Shown in pieces: positions 33,543 to 42,659 of a stretch of 64,000 nucleotides of DNA. Source of the DNA: an uncultured bacterium (GTDB lineage Bacteria; Muiribacteriota; Ozemobacteria; Ozemobacterales; Ozemobacteraceae); the NCBI GenBank assembly GCA_964389325.1, contig CAYMEN010000003.1, positions 62,502-126,501 of the forward strand. The letters are read 5' to 3'. Positions within the stretch are counted from its first letter, which is position 1; every line of letters starts with the position of its first letter. Both the position numbers and the translations under genes were made by a program. The notes beneath the pieces were generated by a model that saw only the letters and a program-made list of their open reading frames with translations, did no database searches and was not told the origin of the DNA.

Positions 33543-34937
33543 ATGGCCATCGAGATTCTCGTCGTCGACGATGAGGACATGATCCGGTGGACCCTCCGGG
33601 AGTCCCTGGAAGGCGAGGGCTACAAGATCTTCGATTTCCCGAACGGCCGGGACTTCATCCGCTACTTCTCTGAAAAGGGCGGAGATATTATACTGCTCGA
33701 TGTGCGACTGCCGGATGCGAACGGCCTCGACCTCCTGCTGGAAATCAAGCAGCTCGATCCGAACGTTCCCGTCGTCGTGATGACGGCGTTTGGCGACGTC
33801 GAGACGGCCGTGACCGCGATGAAACGCTGGGCATACGATTATCTCTCCAAACCCTACAACCTGGCGGAAGTGAATCTTCTCATCAAGAAGATCGTCGAGA
33901 CGTCGCTGCTGAAAAATCAGCTGCAATATATCCGCGAGCGCGTCGAAAACAGCTTCGCGCAGATTCTCGGCGACAACCTGAAGATCAGGCAGCTGCGCGA
34001 TCATATCGCCATGGCGGCGCAGAGCGACCGGACGACGGTCCTGATCCGGGGTGAGTCGGGGACCGGCAAGGAGCTGGTCGCCCGCCAGATCCACCAGCAG
34101 AGCACCCGGGCCGGCCAGCCGTTCATCGATGTGAACGCCGCTGCCGTCACCGGCACCCTGCTCGAGTCCGAGCTCTTCGGCCATGAGAAGGGCGCGTTCA
34201 CCGACGCCCAGCGGCAGAAAAAAGGCTTCTTCGAACTGGCCGACAAGGGAACGCTGTTCCTCGACGAGATCGGCGATCTCGACCCGAACCTGCAGGCCAA
34301 GCTGCTGCGCGTCCTTCAGGAAAAGCGCTTTCGGCGCGTCGGCGGCTCGACCGATATCACGGTCGACGTGCGCATCATCGCCGCCACCAACGCCGATCTC
34401 GAACGGGCCATGGAAGACGGCCGCCTGCGCCGCGACCTGTTCTACCGGCTGAACGTGTTCACCGTCTTCCTGCCGCCGCTCCGGGAGCGTCAGGACGACA
34501 TCCTGCTGCTTGCCCGCGCCTTTCTCGACCAGTTCCGCCGCGAGTTCTCGAAGGATATCTCCGGCTTTTCCCCGGAAGCCTGCGAGATTCTGCAGAAATA
34601 CCAGTTCCCGGGCAACGTGCGAGAGCTGAAAAACATCATCGAGCGGGCAACCCTTCTCGAAACGACGAACAAGATCAGGCCGGTCAGCCTTCCTGAGGAA
34701 ATGCGAAGCTGGCGCCGGCCCGCCGCCGCTCAGACGGCCGCTATGCCGGCCGACCAGCCATGGAAAACCCCGGGGTTCAATCTCAAGGAATACGTAGACT
34801 CCGTCGAGAAGCGGATCGTGCAGGACGTCATCAAGGAGTGTGACGGCAAAAAGGGAGAGGCAGCCAAGCACCTCGGCCTGAGCAGGTTCGCCCTGCGCCA
34901 TCAGTTGAAAAAGCACGGCATCGATGACGAGGGGTGA
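33543..34937 (+). CDS. sigma-54-dependent Fis-family response regulator (REC - AAA+ sigma-54 activator - HTH), NtrC-like; no cognate histidine kinase gene adjacent
   Basis: REC domain with DD...D phospho-acceptor (LLDVRLPD), Walker A GESGTGKE, GAFTDA, ESELFGHEKGAFTGA-like GAFTGA motif, C-terminal HTH. Confidence 0.9.
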   Translation: MAIEILVVDDEDMIRWTLRESLEGEGYKIFDFPNGRDFIRYFSEKGGDIILLDVRLPDANGLDLLLEIKQLDPNVPVVVMTAFGDVETAVTAMKRWAYDYLSKPYNLAEVNLLIKKIVETSLLKNQLQYIRERVENSFAQILGDNLKIRQLRDHIAMAAQSDRTTVLIRGESGTGKELVARQIHQQSTRAGQPFIDVNAAAVTGTLLESELFGHEKGAFTDAQRQKKGFFELADKGTLFLDEIGDLDPNLQAKLLRVLQEKRFRRVGGSTDITVDVRIIAATNADLERAMEDGRLRRDLFYRLNVFTVFLPPLRERQDDILLLARAFLDQFRREFSKDISGFSPEACEILQKYQFPGNVRELKNIIERATLLETTNKIRPVSLPEEMRSWRRPAAAQTAAMPADQPWKTPGFNLKEYVDSVEKRIVQDVIKECDGKKGEAAKHLGLSRFALRHQLKKHGIDDEG

Positions 34938-35028
34938 AAAATGTGTGAAAATGACACCTGAGAGGAGGGATGTGTAAAAATTGCACGCATCCGGCGTGAA
35001 AAATATTGTACATCACGTATTTCGGACA

Positions 35029-35044
35029 TGGCACGAATCCTGCT
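35029..35044 (+). promoter_or_regulatory. sigma-54 (-24/-12) promoter TGGCAC-N5-CTGC upstream of ptsN; candidate enhancer inverted repeat CACGC-N5-GCGTG at 34984-34998
   Basis: TGGCACgaatcCTGCT matches TGGCAC-N5-TTGC consensus with one mismatch, about 45 nt upstream of ptsN ATG. Confidence 0.6.
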
Positions 35045-35085
35045 TGATCTATGGCAGCCTTTGAGCTTACGCAGGAGAAAAACAG

Positions 35086-35535
35086 ATGATATCGGAGCTG
35101 CTCCAGGAAAACTTCATCAATCTCGATCTCGACGCCGGTTCCAAGAACGATGCGATCGCGAGCCTCTCGACGATGCTCTCGTCATCGGGCAAGGTCGTTG
35201 ATTGTACTTCCTTCGTGCGGGCCGTTCTCGACCGCGAGAAGCTCGGAAGCACCGCGATCGGTTCCGGGATCGCCATTCCTCATGCCCGTGCCAACACGGT
35301 CAATGAAGTGTCCATCGCTTTTGCCCGGTGTGGAAAGGGCGTCGACTTCAACTCCGTCGACGGCGACCCCGTCCATCTGATCTTCCTGCTTGCCGCCCCC
35401 ATCGAATCGGGCAGCCTGTATCTCAAGCTGCTGGCCCGCATCTCCCGCCTCCTTCGCTACCAGGATCTCATCGAAGAGCTGAAAAAGGCTCAGACGAAAG
35501 AAGACGTTATCCGCATCATCGCGTCGAAGGAATGA
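35086..35535 (+). CDS. ptsN: PTS IIA-like nitrogen regulatory protein PtsN (EIIA-Ntr)
   Basis: PTS_EIIA_2 fold sequence with active-site His in GIAIPHAR. Confidence 0.85.
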   Translation: MISELLQENFINLDLDAGSKNDAIASLSTMLSSSGKVVDCTSFVRAVLDREKLGSTAIGSGIAIPHARANTVNEVSIAFARCGKGVDFNSVDGDPVHLIFLLAAPIESGSLYLKLLARISRLLRYQDLIEELKKAQTKEDVIRIIASKE

Positions 35536-35561
35536 TCCGGCGAGGCCGGAGGAGTACGGGT

Positions 35562-36029
35562 ATGACGCTTGTTCATGCATACGAAGCCGGCGAAAGCAGT
35601 ACGGTCAGCATGTCCCCCGAGGGACTCTCGGTCCATATGCGCATCCCGGCCGAGCGCATGTACATGGCGAATGCGGTACTGACGCTTCGCGAGATCTGCG
35701 ACCACCTCTGCCTTTCCGAAGATCGGACCAACCGGGTCGTGCTGGTGCTCGAAGAGGCGCTGATGAACTCGATCGAGCATGCCTACAATGGTGACGGTGG
35801 CCTCATCGACCTGCAGTTTTCGATCGAAGGCCCGGAGTTCGTGATTGTCGTCGAAGATTTCGGCAACGGCATGGTCCATGACATCGACATCGATTCGCTC
35901 GAGGCTTCCGATCTGCTGTTCGAGCGTGGGCGCGGGCTGTGCATCATGAAAGGCATCTCCGACAGGGCTGTCGTCCAGTCGAGTTCGCGCGGCACGCGGG
36001 CCACGATGCTTTTCCAGCTCCAGAACTGA
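35562..36029 (+). CDS. GHKL-type anti-sigma-factor-like serine kinase (RsbW/SpoIIAB family, HATPase_c)
   Basis: N-box EEALMNSIEHA, G1 VEDFGNG, G2 GRGLCIMK; about 155 aa; GGAGG RBS. Confidence 0.65.
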   Translation: MTLVHAYEAGESSTVSMSPEGLSVHMRIPAERMYMANAVLTLREICDHLCLSEDRTNRVVLVLEEALMNSIEHAYNGDGGLIDLQFSIEGPEFVIVVEDFGNGMVHDIDIDSLEASDLLFERGRGLCIMKGISDRAVVQSSSRGTRATMLFQLQN

Positions 36030-36037
36030 GAGGAAGA

Positions 36038-36508
36038 ATGACCACAGACAACATCAGGGAACGAACCTTCGTTCTTATCAAGCCTGACGGCATCCAGCGC
36101 GGCAAAGCGGGAGAGATTCTCTCCCGCTTTGAGTCTAAAGGGCTGAAAATCGTCGGCATGAAAATGGTCCGCATCACCGGCGAACAGGCCGAGCGCCAGT
36201 ACGCCTGCCACAAGGGAAAAGCGTTCTACGAGTCGCTCGTCGCTTTCATGCTTTCCGGGCCGTGCCTGGCCCTGGTGCTCGAAGGCCGCAACGCGATCGA
36301 TATCGTTCGCAAGCTGATGGGCGCGACCAACCCGATCGCGGCCGAACCCGGCACCATCCGCGGCGACATGGCCCTCGACACCAAGCATAACCTCGTCCAC
36401 GGCTCCGACTCGCAGGCCAGCGTCGACCTCGAGACGCCGATCTATTTCGCGCCGAACGAGCTTTTCGAATACGACCTCGCGACCAGGGACTGGTTGTATT
36501 ACACCTGA
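36038..36508 (+). CDS. ndk: nucleoside diphosphate kinase
   Basis: ERTFVLIKPDG..., active-site NLVHGSDS (catalytic His), GAAGAATG RBS. Confidence 0.95.
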   Translation: MTTDNIRERTFVLIKPDGIQRGKAGEILSRFESKGLKIVGMKMVRITGEQAERQYACHKGKAFYESLVAFMLSGPCLALVLEGRNAIDIVRKLMGATNPIAAEPGTIRGDMALDTKHNLVHGSDSQASVDLETPIYFAPNELFEYDLATRDWLYYT

Positions 36509-36699
36509 ATCCGACCTGACCATCTGATCCACGACGCGGGAGGGGCTGACCGGCCTCTCCCGCTTTCTCTCCTCCGGGCGCTTCACGAAACGCCCGAACG
36601 ATACGATTGTTTCCTCTGTGTCTGGTATGTTGAAAAAACGTATATTCACCGCGGAGGCGCCGAGGCGCTGAGAAGAATAGAATCGTTCATCTTTTTGAC

Positions 36700-36772
36700 T
36701 CGTTTCTTTCTCTGCGTCTCTGCGACTCTGCGGTTCAATCTTCGTATCTCCGTGACTCTGTGGTGCGTTGTT
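36700..36772. repeat. intergenic repeat element, copy A (shares an exact 17-mer at 36704-36720 and an exact 13-mer at 36759-36771 with copy B at 60099-60175, in reverse-complement orientation)
   Basis: TTCTTTCTCTGCGTCTC at 36704-36720 is the reverse complement of 60117-60133; CTGTGGTGCGTTG at 36759-36771 is the reverse complement of 60099-60111. Confidence 0.55.
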
Positions 36773-36861
36773 TTGTCAACATTCCGGGCACGAGCGGAAA
36801 CTCATGCGCTCGCGCTGGTTGGGCTCTTGCATTGATGGCGGGGATCAGGCATCATGCGGAC

Positions 36862-38466
36862 ATGCGCCTTTCCCGCCTCTTGCTCGGATTGCTCCTCGTC
36901 GTTCTGTGCGCCGCTCTTGGCGCATGGGGCGCGCTCTCGTCGGTCGCGGGAAACGAGTATGTCGTGCGCTGGGGGGCAATGATGGCCGCCCAGAGCCTCG
37001 ATGCCGACATGCAGCTCGGAAGGGTGACCGGAACCGTGCTGGAAGCCCTGCGCATCGACGGCGTCCAGGGCATGGTGCGCCGCTCGCGGACGGGATTCGC
37101 GGCGGGGCCGGTCGAAATCTCGTTCAACCTGCGTGAAGCCGCTCACCGGGGCCTCGTCATCGGAACGCTGAACTGTCCCTGGCTGAAATTCTGGGGCGGC
37201 GTGCCGGTGCCGCCCTGGCTGGGCGGTTTGCCGGAGCTGCCTCCGCCGACGTGCCAGGCCGACCTGAAACTTCCGGTCGGCATCGACCGCATCCGCCTCG
37301 ACCGCATCGACTGGATGCCGACGGCATCCGGGCCGGTCGAGGTCACGGTCGCCTCGTTCGCGATCGATGCGGCATCACGGACGAACGGTCTCCAGCCCGT
37401 CTCGTTCTCGCTGTCGGTTCGGTTCAAAGGCGCCGAGTTCGCCGCCGCGGCTTTCGAGGGACACCTGGCCTCGACCAGGGCGTCCCTGTCTGGAAAAATA
37501 GCAGGAAATATATTTAGCTTTCCCGTCGACGCCGGCCTGAAGGTTTCGGTGAAGCGGGACGGCGTCTTCGCCGAGGGGACACTGGCCGAAACCCGGATCG
37601 ACCTGACGGTGCTGTCGAAATGGCTCAGTCCCCTCTGGCGGGACACCGTGCCGCTGTTCGTGAACGGAGGGATCACCGGGGGAGGAACCTGGGTGGCCCA
37701 GCCGAAGCTCGGCTTCGCGGGCCGGTTCCAGGGGCGGTTCGATCGCGTCGTGTTCGTGCTGACCGGGTTCAACCTGCCGCTCGCCGAACTGGACGCCCCT
37801 TGGAAATGCTTCGACGGCAAGCTGCGCGTCGAGCATGGAGACAGCCGTTTCATCGGCTTTCCAGCCTCCTTCAGCGGGACCGTCGGGCTCGCCGCCGGTC
37901 TGAAGCCTGACTGGAGCATCGAAGCCCGGGTCGCCGATCTTCCCCTGGCCGATCTCGTCGCAACCCTGCCGTGGGCGGTGCGATACGGGTACGGTGTTCC
38001 CGATCTGGCCGGCCTGGCAAGCATGACCGCCCGGTTCGACGGAACCGCGCCCGGCATCCTCGTCAACGCGACGGCCCTGGTGGCCCGGCAAACCGGATCG
38101 GCCGCGACATCGAGCATTTCGATCCGCTACCGTCACGCGGCCGGGCAGCCGGACCGCTGGGACCTCGAATCCTGCTGGACGGCTGAAACCGACATGCCGA
38201 AAGGTTTTGCCGGACTTCCCGTGCGCGTGGCCCCTTCGGGAGAACCGTTGCGGCCCCCGTTCGAATTCCGTTTCGAGGGATTCGGGACGTATCTCGACAA
38301 GCTCGATACGCGGCTGGGCATTTTCTGGAAAGACGGCGGTGCCTGGCAGGCAACGGGGCTCCTCGAAGGCCACGCCTGGGACGGCCCCGTCGTCGGTCAG
38401 GACGGCCAGCCGGTGGCGATCCCTCAGGATCTGGGCCTGATCGATTTTCTGCTGCCGGGAACGTAA
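36862..38466 (+). CDS. hypothetical secreted/membrane-anchored protein (about 535 aa); start uncertain (alternatives 36760, 36835)
   Basis: N-terminal signal-like MRLSRLLLGLLLVVLCAALGAWGA; coding GC3 bias; no recognisable catalytic motif. Confidence 0.4.
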   Translation: MRLSRLLLGLLLVVLCAALGAWGALSSVAGNEYVVRWGAMMAAQSLDADMQLGRVTGTVLEALRIDGVQGMVRRSRTGFAAGPVEISFNLREAAHRGLVIGTLNCPWLKFWGGVPVPPWLGGLPELPPPTCQADLKLPVGIDRIRLDRIDWMPTASGPVEVTVASFAIDAASRTNGLQPVSFSLSVRFKGAEFAAAAFEGHLASTRASLSGKIAGNIFSFPVDAGLKVSVKRDGVFAEGTLAETRIDLTVLSKWLSPLWRDTVPLFVNGGITGGGTWVAQPKLGFAGRFQGRFDRVVFVLTGFNLPLAELDAPWKCFDGKLRVEHGDSRFIGFPASFSGTVGLAAGLKPDWSIEARVADLPLADLVATLPWAVRYGYGVPDLAGLASMTARFDGTAPGILVNATALVARQTGSAATSSISIRYRHAAGQPDRWDLESCWTAETDMPKGFAGLPVRVAPSGEPLRPPFEFRFEGFGTYLDKLDTRLGIFWKDGGAWQATGLLEGHAWDGPVVGQDGQPVAIPQDLGLIDFLLPGT

Positions 38467-39914
38467 GGCGTGAACTCGATCCGCTCCTCCGGGATTTTCT
38501 GGTAAAACGTCAGGAGTGAACGGTCCGAATCGATGGCCATGCGCGATGCCCGGATCGAGAGAATGACGCCCTGCCGGAACACCCCGGCCGAGATCGTCGA
38601 GCGGGTTTCCTCCAGCAGGACGAGGGCGAGGTCGGCTTTTTTCAGCTCGAGTTTGGTGATCTGGTCGCCCAGGCTGGCGACCTTGTGCTCGAGACTGGCG
38701 CGAAGCGGCTCCGCCTTGCCAGACGGCAGCTTCTCGGGAAAATTTTTCACGAACAGCAGGTTCTTTTCCGCCTCGTAATGCTGGCGTCGGATATCGTTGA
38801 TGATCTTCACGACCAGGTTCAACCTGTTGAGGGCGGTATGGGAAACACCGCATGCGACCCGTGTTTCGATACCGACGGCGTTGCCCAGCTCCCCCGCGGT
38901 GATCGAGCGGAAGGAGATGATTTCGCCGCCGCTGAGCGACTTTTCGATCATCACCTCGCCGTTCACGTTGATGCGCGAGTTGAGCGCCGAGCGCAGGAAG
39001 AGGTCGCCCTGCACCGTAAGGCAGGCGTTTTCGGCATACAGCGCGCGAAGGTTGCCGAACACCTTGACTTCGTTCTTGTCTTCGATCTTCCCGGCCGTGC
39101 CGAGAATGCCCTTGCCCACGTCGAGATCACCGCCGACCGTGACGCGGGTGCCCGCCTCGATCATGCCGTCGACGCGCAGGTTCCCGGTCACGGTCACGGA
39201 AAACCCATACCGGATCGAGCCGCGCACGACGAGCGAGCCCTTGAAGCTGATGTGGCCAGTGCCGAAATCGACGTCGCCCGGAATGACCATGACCGGGGTG
39301 ACATGCACCGTAACCGAGTTCATGCCGGACTCGACGGTCAGCTGGCCTTCGCAGGTCGCCCGGGCGATGTCGTTCGTGCCGTCGGACTTCAGGACGACGT
39401 TGCGCCCCGCCACGACCCGCTTGTCCTTGCCGGGAACGGCGGGAATCGGCTTGCCGAAGACCGAGTGGCCCGACTCGCCCTTCGTGGCCGGCCTCTTCAC
39501 CAGGATGATCTCGTCGGTCGAGACGCTGCGGAACAGGTCGCGCGTCTTGAAGTCCAGCGTCCCGTCAGGGCGCGTCAGGTGCTCCATCGACGGCCGGGGC
39601 ACGAGGATGTCGATATGCGCCGGCTCACCATCGAGTGGTTGTATTCCTGTCGCTATTTTTCTTGGCGGGAGGATGGTGCGGCGCGCGACGATGCGCGGCA
39701 GGTCGTTCGTGACGAAGCCGCGGTCGAGGCCGAACAGGATGTTCTCGGCGAGGGCGCTCTGGATGGTCAGGCAGGCGGCCTTGTCATCGAACGAGTCGGG
39801 AAACGCCTCGATCGAGAAATACGCTTCCGTCTCGAGCCGGTTCGTCGTCAGGAAGAGGGAAAAACCGGGAAGCTCCCGTGCGAGGAAGGTTCCCGGTTTC
39901 ATTTGGTGAGACAA
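38424..39914 (-). CDS. FapA/DUF342-like protein (left-handed beta-helix-like repeats plus C-terminal coiled coil)
   Basis: Repetitive G-x-hydrophobic beta-helix-like segment (VTVTGNLRVDGMIEAGTRVTVGGDLDVGKGILG...) and C-terminal coiled coil, architecture typical of DUF342. Confidence 0.5.
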   Translation of the reverse strand: MSHQMKPGTFLARELPGFSLFLTTNRLETEAYFSIEAFPDSFDDKAACLTIQSALAENILFGLDRGFVTNDLPRIVARRTILPPRKIATGIQPLDGEPAHIDILVPRPSMEHLTRPDGTLDFKTRDLFRSVSTDEIILVKRPATKGESGHSVFGKPIPAVPGKDKRVVAGRNVVLKSDGTNDIARATCEGQLTVESGMNSVTVHVTPVMVIPGDVDFGTGHISFKGSLVVRGSIRYGFSVTVTGNLRVDGMIEAGTRVTVGGDLDVGKGILGTAGKIEDKNEVKVFGNLRALYAENACLTVQGDLFLRSALNSRINVNGEVMIEKSLSGGEIISFRSITAGELGNAVGIETRVACGVSHTALNRLNLVVKIINDIRRQHYEAEKNLLFVKNFPEKLPSGKAEPLRASLEHKVASLGDQITKLELKKADLALVLLEETRSTISAGVFRQGVILSIRASRMAIDSDRSLLTFYQKIPEERIEFTPYVPGSRKSIRPRS

Positions 39915-39921
39915 CGCCCGT

Positions 39922-42378
39922 TCAACCGGCCCGCGGGCCGTTGTTCAGGCCGACCCGGCGCTCGACGTCGGCGATGCTGACGCCCTGGCTGGAGAGGAAG
40001 TTCTCGAACCACGCCGTGTCGACGCTGAACGAGCGCAGCTCACCGCGGAACGCGATGATCAGCTGTTCGAGCTCGACCAGGTCGCCGACCCGGAGCTTGG
40101 TCTTCTGCTGGCCGCTCATGGAGCGGAGATTGTCGAGAGCCGACCGGACGGCGCTTGCGAACTCATACCGGGTCACCTTCGAGGCATCGTAGAACGGCAT
40201 GCCGGGCAGGAGGCCCTTCGAGATCACGCGCTTGAGCGACTTGAACACCCAGTGGTTCGCCGGCACATAGACGAAGCCGGTTCCGGCGGAGCCGGCGGAC
40301 TGGTTCATGCGCGCAGCGGCGGCGGCGGCTGTCTGGGGCATCGGTGCGCGGCCGTCGGCCAGCGGGATGTAGAACGCCGAGTCCGCCTCGGCGGCGCGGG
40401 GCCGGGCAAGAGTCGTCTTGCGGGCCTGGCGCTCGTTCTGCGTCGTGAACTGCCACGAGTAGCGGGCGACGAGCTGCTCGCCCGACTGGCTCTTGATCTT
40501 GTCGCTGATGAGAACCTTGTACTGTGTGTCCGCCTCGAGCGGGGCGGCGGGGATGAAGACGGCCCGCTTCTGGCGTCCGTCGTAGGACACGCGCCCTTCG
40601 ACGCGCTCCTGGCGGCCGAAGACCGAGATATTGATCGGGTTCACGGTATTCTGCTGGGCGGGTTCGTTGAAGTGAATGACGATCTTCGCATTGCGGGCGA
40701 CCTGCTCGGCGTTTGCCGCCGGCAGAATGCCGGTCACCTTGAAGGTGGAGAGGGCTTCGCGGGTGGCCGCCTTGCGGGGAGCGGCGGTCCTGGCGGCCTG
40801 CCGGGGAGCAGGGGTGTTCCAGTCGGCATCGGCTTCCATGGCGCTGTCGTTTCCGGCGGGTGCCGCCTCGTCGCCGAAGCCTTCCAGTTCCCTGGATTCC
40901 TGGGTCGTTTCCCGCATCACCGGCTGGGCGCGGCGAGGAACAGCCTGCTTCGCGGCGACGGGCGCCCGGCGCACGGGGGCCGCCGCGAACGCTTCGGGCA
41001 TGGCGGGAGCCGCGGCGGGCGAGGTGGTCGCGAAGGTCGCGGCGAGAGCGTTCTGCAGGGGGCGGCCGGTCATGTCGGTCACGCCCTGGGTGATGATCAC
41101 GCGATAGGAGCGGTTCGCGTCGAGCACGCCGACGGGGGTCAGCACCGCGCGCTTCTGGCCGCTCAGATACTGGATCTTCGCGGGAACGGGGCCGAAATCG
41201 TCCTCGACCCGGAAGGTGAACTCGTTCAGGGTTTCGGGGCGGACTTCCTGGTTGAAGGCCACCGTCACCGGCTGGCTGAGGTTGGTGACGACGGCGCCGC
41301 TCTGCGGCGACATGCCGACCAGCTTCAGGGGAATCGCCGCCTGCATGGCGATATCGCCGTAGGCGTCGGCCACGGGGGCGTCGAACGAGGCATTGTTGAC
41401 CAGGCCCTGGCGACGGGAGGGAGCCGCGACCGGCAGGGCGGCATCGCTGGGCGCTTCCTCGAGAACGTTGTCGGGAACGACCACGTCGACGTCAGCCGAA
41501 CCGGCGCCGCCGATGCGGAAAGGAATGACGGTGTTCTTCGGAAGTCTCGCGCCCGAGCTTCCCGCGAGAGTCTGGCTGATGGCGATGCCATACTCGTTGC
41601 CGGATTTCAGCGGCTGACGGGGAACCAGCGTCAGGGTCTTCAGGTCGCGCGACAGGCGGTAATCGACGCCGACCGCTTCCCGGTTGCACATCAATTTCAC
41701 CGGGGCATCCTTGAGGGAGGTGATGTCGAGCGCTTCGCTGAAGCTGACTTCGAGCGGATTCTGCGGGTTGATCGTGCCGCCGGACATGTTGGCGTTGGTG
41801 ATCAGCAGCCTCGCCGCCGCTGCGCTGCCCATGTCGGTGGGCATCGCGGCTGCCGCGGCGTTCTGCATCTGGGAATTCACGGCAGGCTGAACGCCGGTCG
41901 AGCGCACGCCGCCGGCAGAGATGCGGAAGTTCCACATTTTCTCGGCCGTTCCGCTCACGCCGTCGCCGAAACTGAGCTGGGCGGTGTACATCTGACCCGG
42001 CTGAAGACCGGACTTGGGCTTGAACATCACCTGCCGGGCGGCGGGATTGTAAAACAGCTCACCCTCGATGGGCTGGCCGTTTTTGAACAGATTGAGGTTG
42101 ATCGTCTGGTAGAACGCCTGCGAAAGGGCCCCGCCAAACTCGACCGTCAGGGGGGTGGCGGCCGAAACGTCCGAGGCCATGTCCGCCGGAACGGTCTTGA
42201 CGACCTGAACCGCCTGGCCGGCGTTCGCCTGCATTCCGAACGCAGCAGAGGCGTGCAGTGCGGGACCGGCACTTACCAGCAGGGCTCCAAGGACGACGGC
42301 TCGAATTCCATGGTTCATGAGTAACCTCCTCGAAAGGTCCAGACGATTCGGTATCATCATCGGCAAAATCGACCACAA
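39922..42378 (-). CDS. large secreted protein with several Ig-like (SbsA/Big-like) domains and a C-terminal S-layer homology (SLH) domain
   Basis: Signal peptide; repeated Ig-like blocks (V.TVPADMASDVSAATPLTVEF; MSPQSGAVVTNLSQPVTVAF; ILPAANAEQVARNAKIVIHF); C-terminal FVYVPANHWVFKSLKRVISKGLLPG..FYDASKVTRYEFA matches SLH consensus. Confidence 0.65.
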   Translation of the reverse strand: MWSILPMMIPNRLDLSRRLLMNHGIRAVVLGALLVSAGPALHASAAFGMQANAGQAVQVVKTVPADMASDVSAATPLTVEFGGALSQAFYQTINLNLFKNGQPIEGELFYNPAARQVMFKPKSGLQPGQMYTAQLSFGDGVSGTAEKMWNFRISAGGVRSTGVQPAVNSQMQNAAAAAMPTDMGSAAAARLLITNANMSGGTINPQNPLEVSFSEALDITSLKDAPVKLMCNREAVGVDYRLSRDLKTLTLVPRQPLKSGNEYGIAISQTLAGSSGARLPKNTVIPFRIGGAGSADVDVVVPDNVLEEAPSDAALPVAAPSRRQGLVNNASFDAPVADAYGDIAMQAAIPLKLVGMSPQSGAVVTNLSQPVTVAFNQEVRPETLNEFTFRVEDDFGPVPAKIQYLSGQKRAVLTPVGVLDANRSYRVIITQGVTDMTGRPLQNALAATFATTSPAAAPAMPEAFAAAPVRRAPVAAKQAVPRRAQPVMRETTQESRELEGFGDEAAPAGNDSAMEADADWNTPAPRQAARTAAPRKAATREALSTFKVTGILPAANAEQVARNAKIVIHFNEPAQQNTVNPINISVFGRQERVEGRVSYDGRQKRAVFIPAAPLEADTQYKVLISDKIKSQSGEQLVARYSWQFTTQNERQARKTTLARPRAAEADSAFYIPLADGRAPMPQTAAAAAARMNQSAGSAGTGFVYVPANHWVFKSLKRVISKGLLPGMPFYDASKVTRYEFASAVRSALDNLRSMSGQQKTKLRVGDLVELEQLIIAFRGELRSFSVDTAWFENFLSSQGVSIADVERRVGLNNGPRAG

Positions 42379-42434
42379 CCTTTACCCCATTGCCCGAATT
42401 CGGAGTCATCCCCACATTTTCCCGCAATTGCGCC

Positions 42435-42463
42435 GTAGGGGCGGGTTTGAAACCCGCCCCTAC
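42435..42463. promoter_or_regulatory. GC-rich perfect palindrome GTAGGGGCGGGTTT g AAACCCGCCCCTAC in the divergent intergenic region between the SLH-protein gene and the V-ATPase operon
   Basis: 14-nt arms, read directly; position between divergent starts suggests operator or structured leader rather than terminator. Confidence 0.4.
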
Positions 42464-42563
42464 AGACGATTTATGAATGAGGACACATCAAAAAGTCCGG
42501 TGTCATAAGAATTTCGATGTTGTCGGGCCAGCGGATGCAATCGCTCGAACAGCCCCCCTCGAT

Positions 42564-42593
42564 TTGCCCTGAGAAGGGAGGGTGTGGTATAAA
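42564..42593 (+). promoter_or_regulatory. candidate sigma-70 promoter for V-ATPase operon: TTGCCC - 18 bp - TATAAA with upstream TGG
   Basis: Hexamers read from sequence about 65 nt upstream of atpE ATG. Confidence 0.35.
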
Positions 42594-42659
42594 CCCCGAA
42601 CCCGGTCATGATATTCGCCCGGATTTCAACGGCCGCAGGTCACCGAAGGAGTTACCGCC

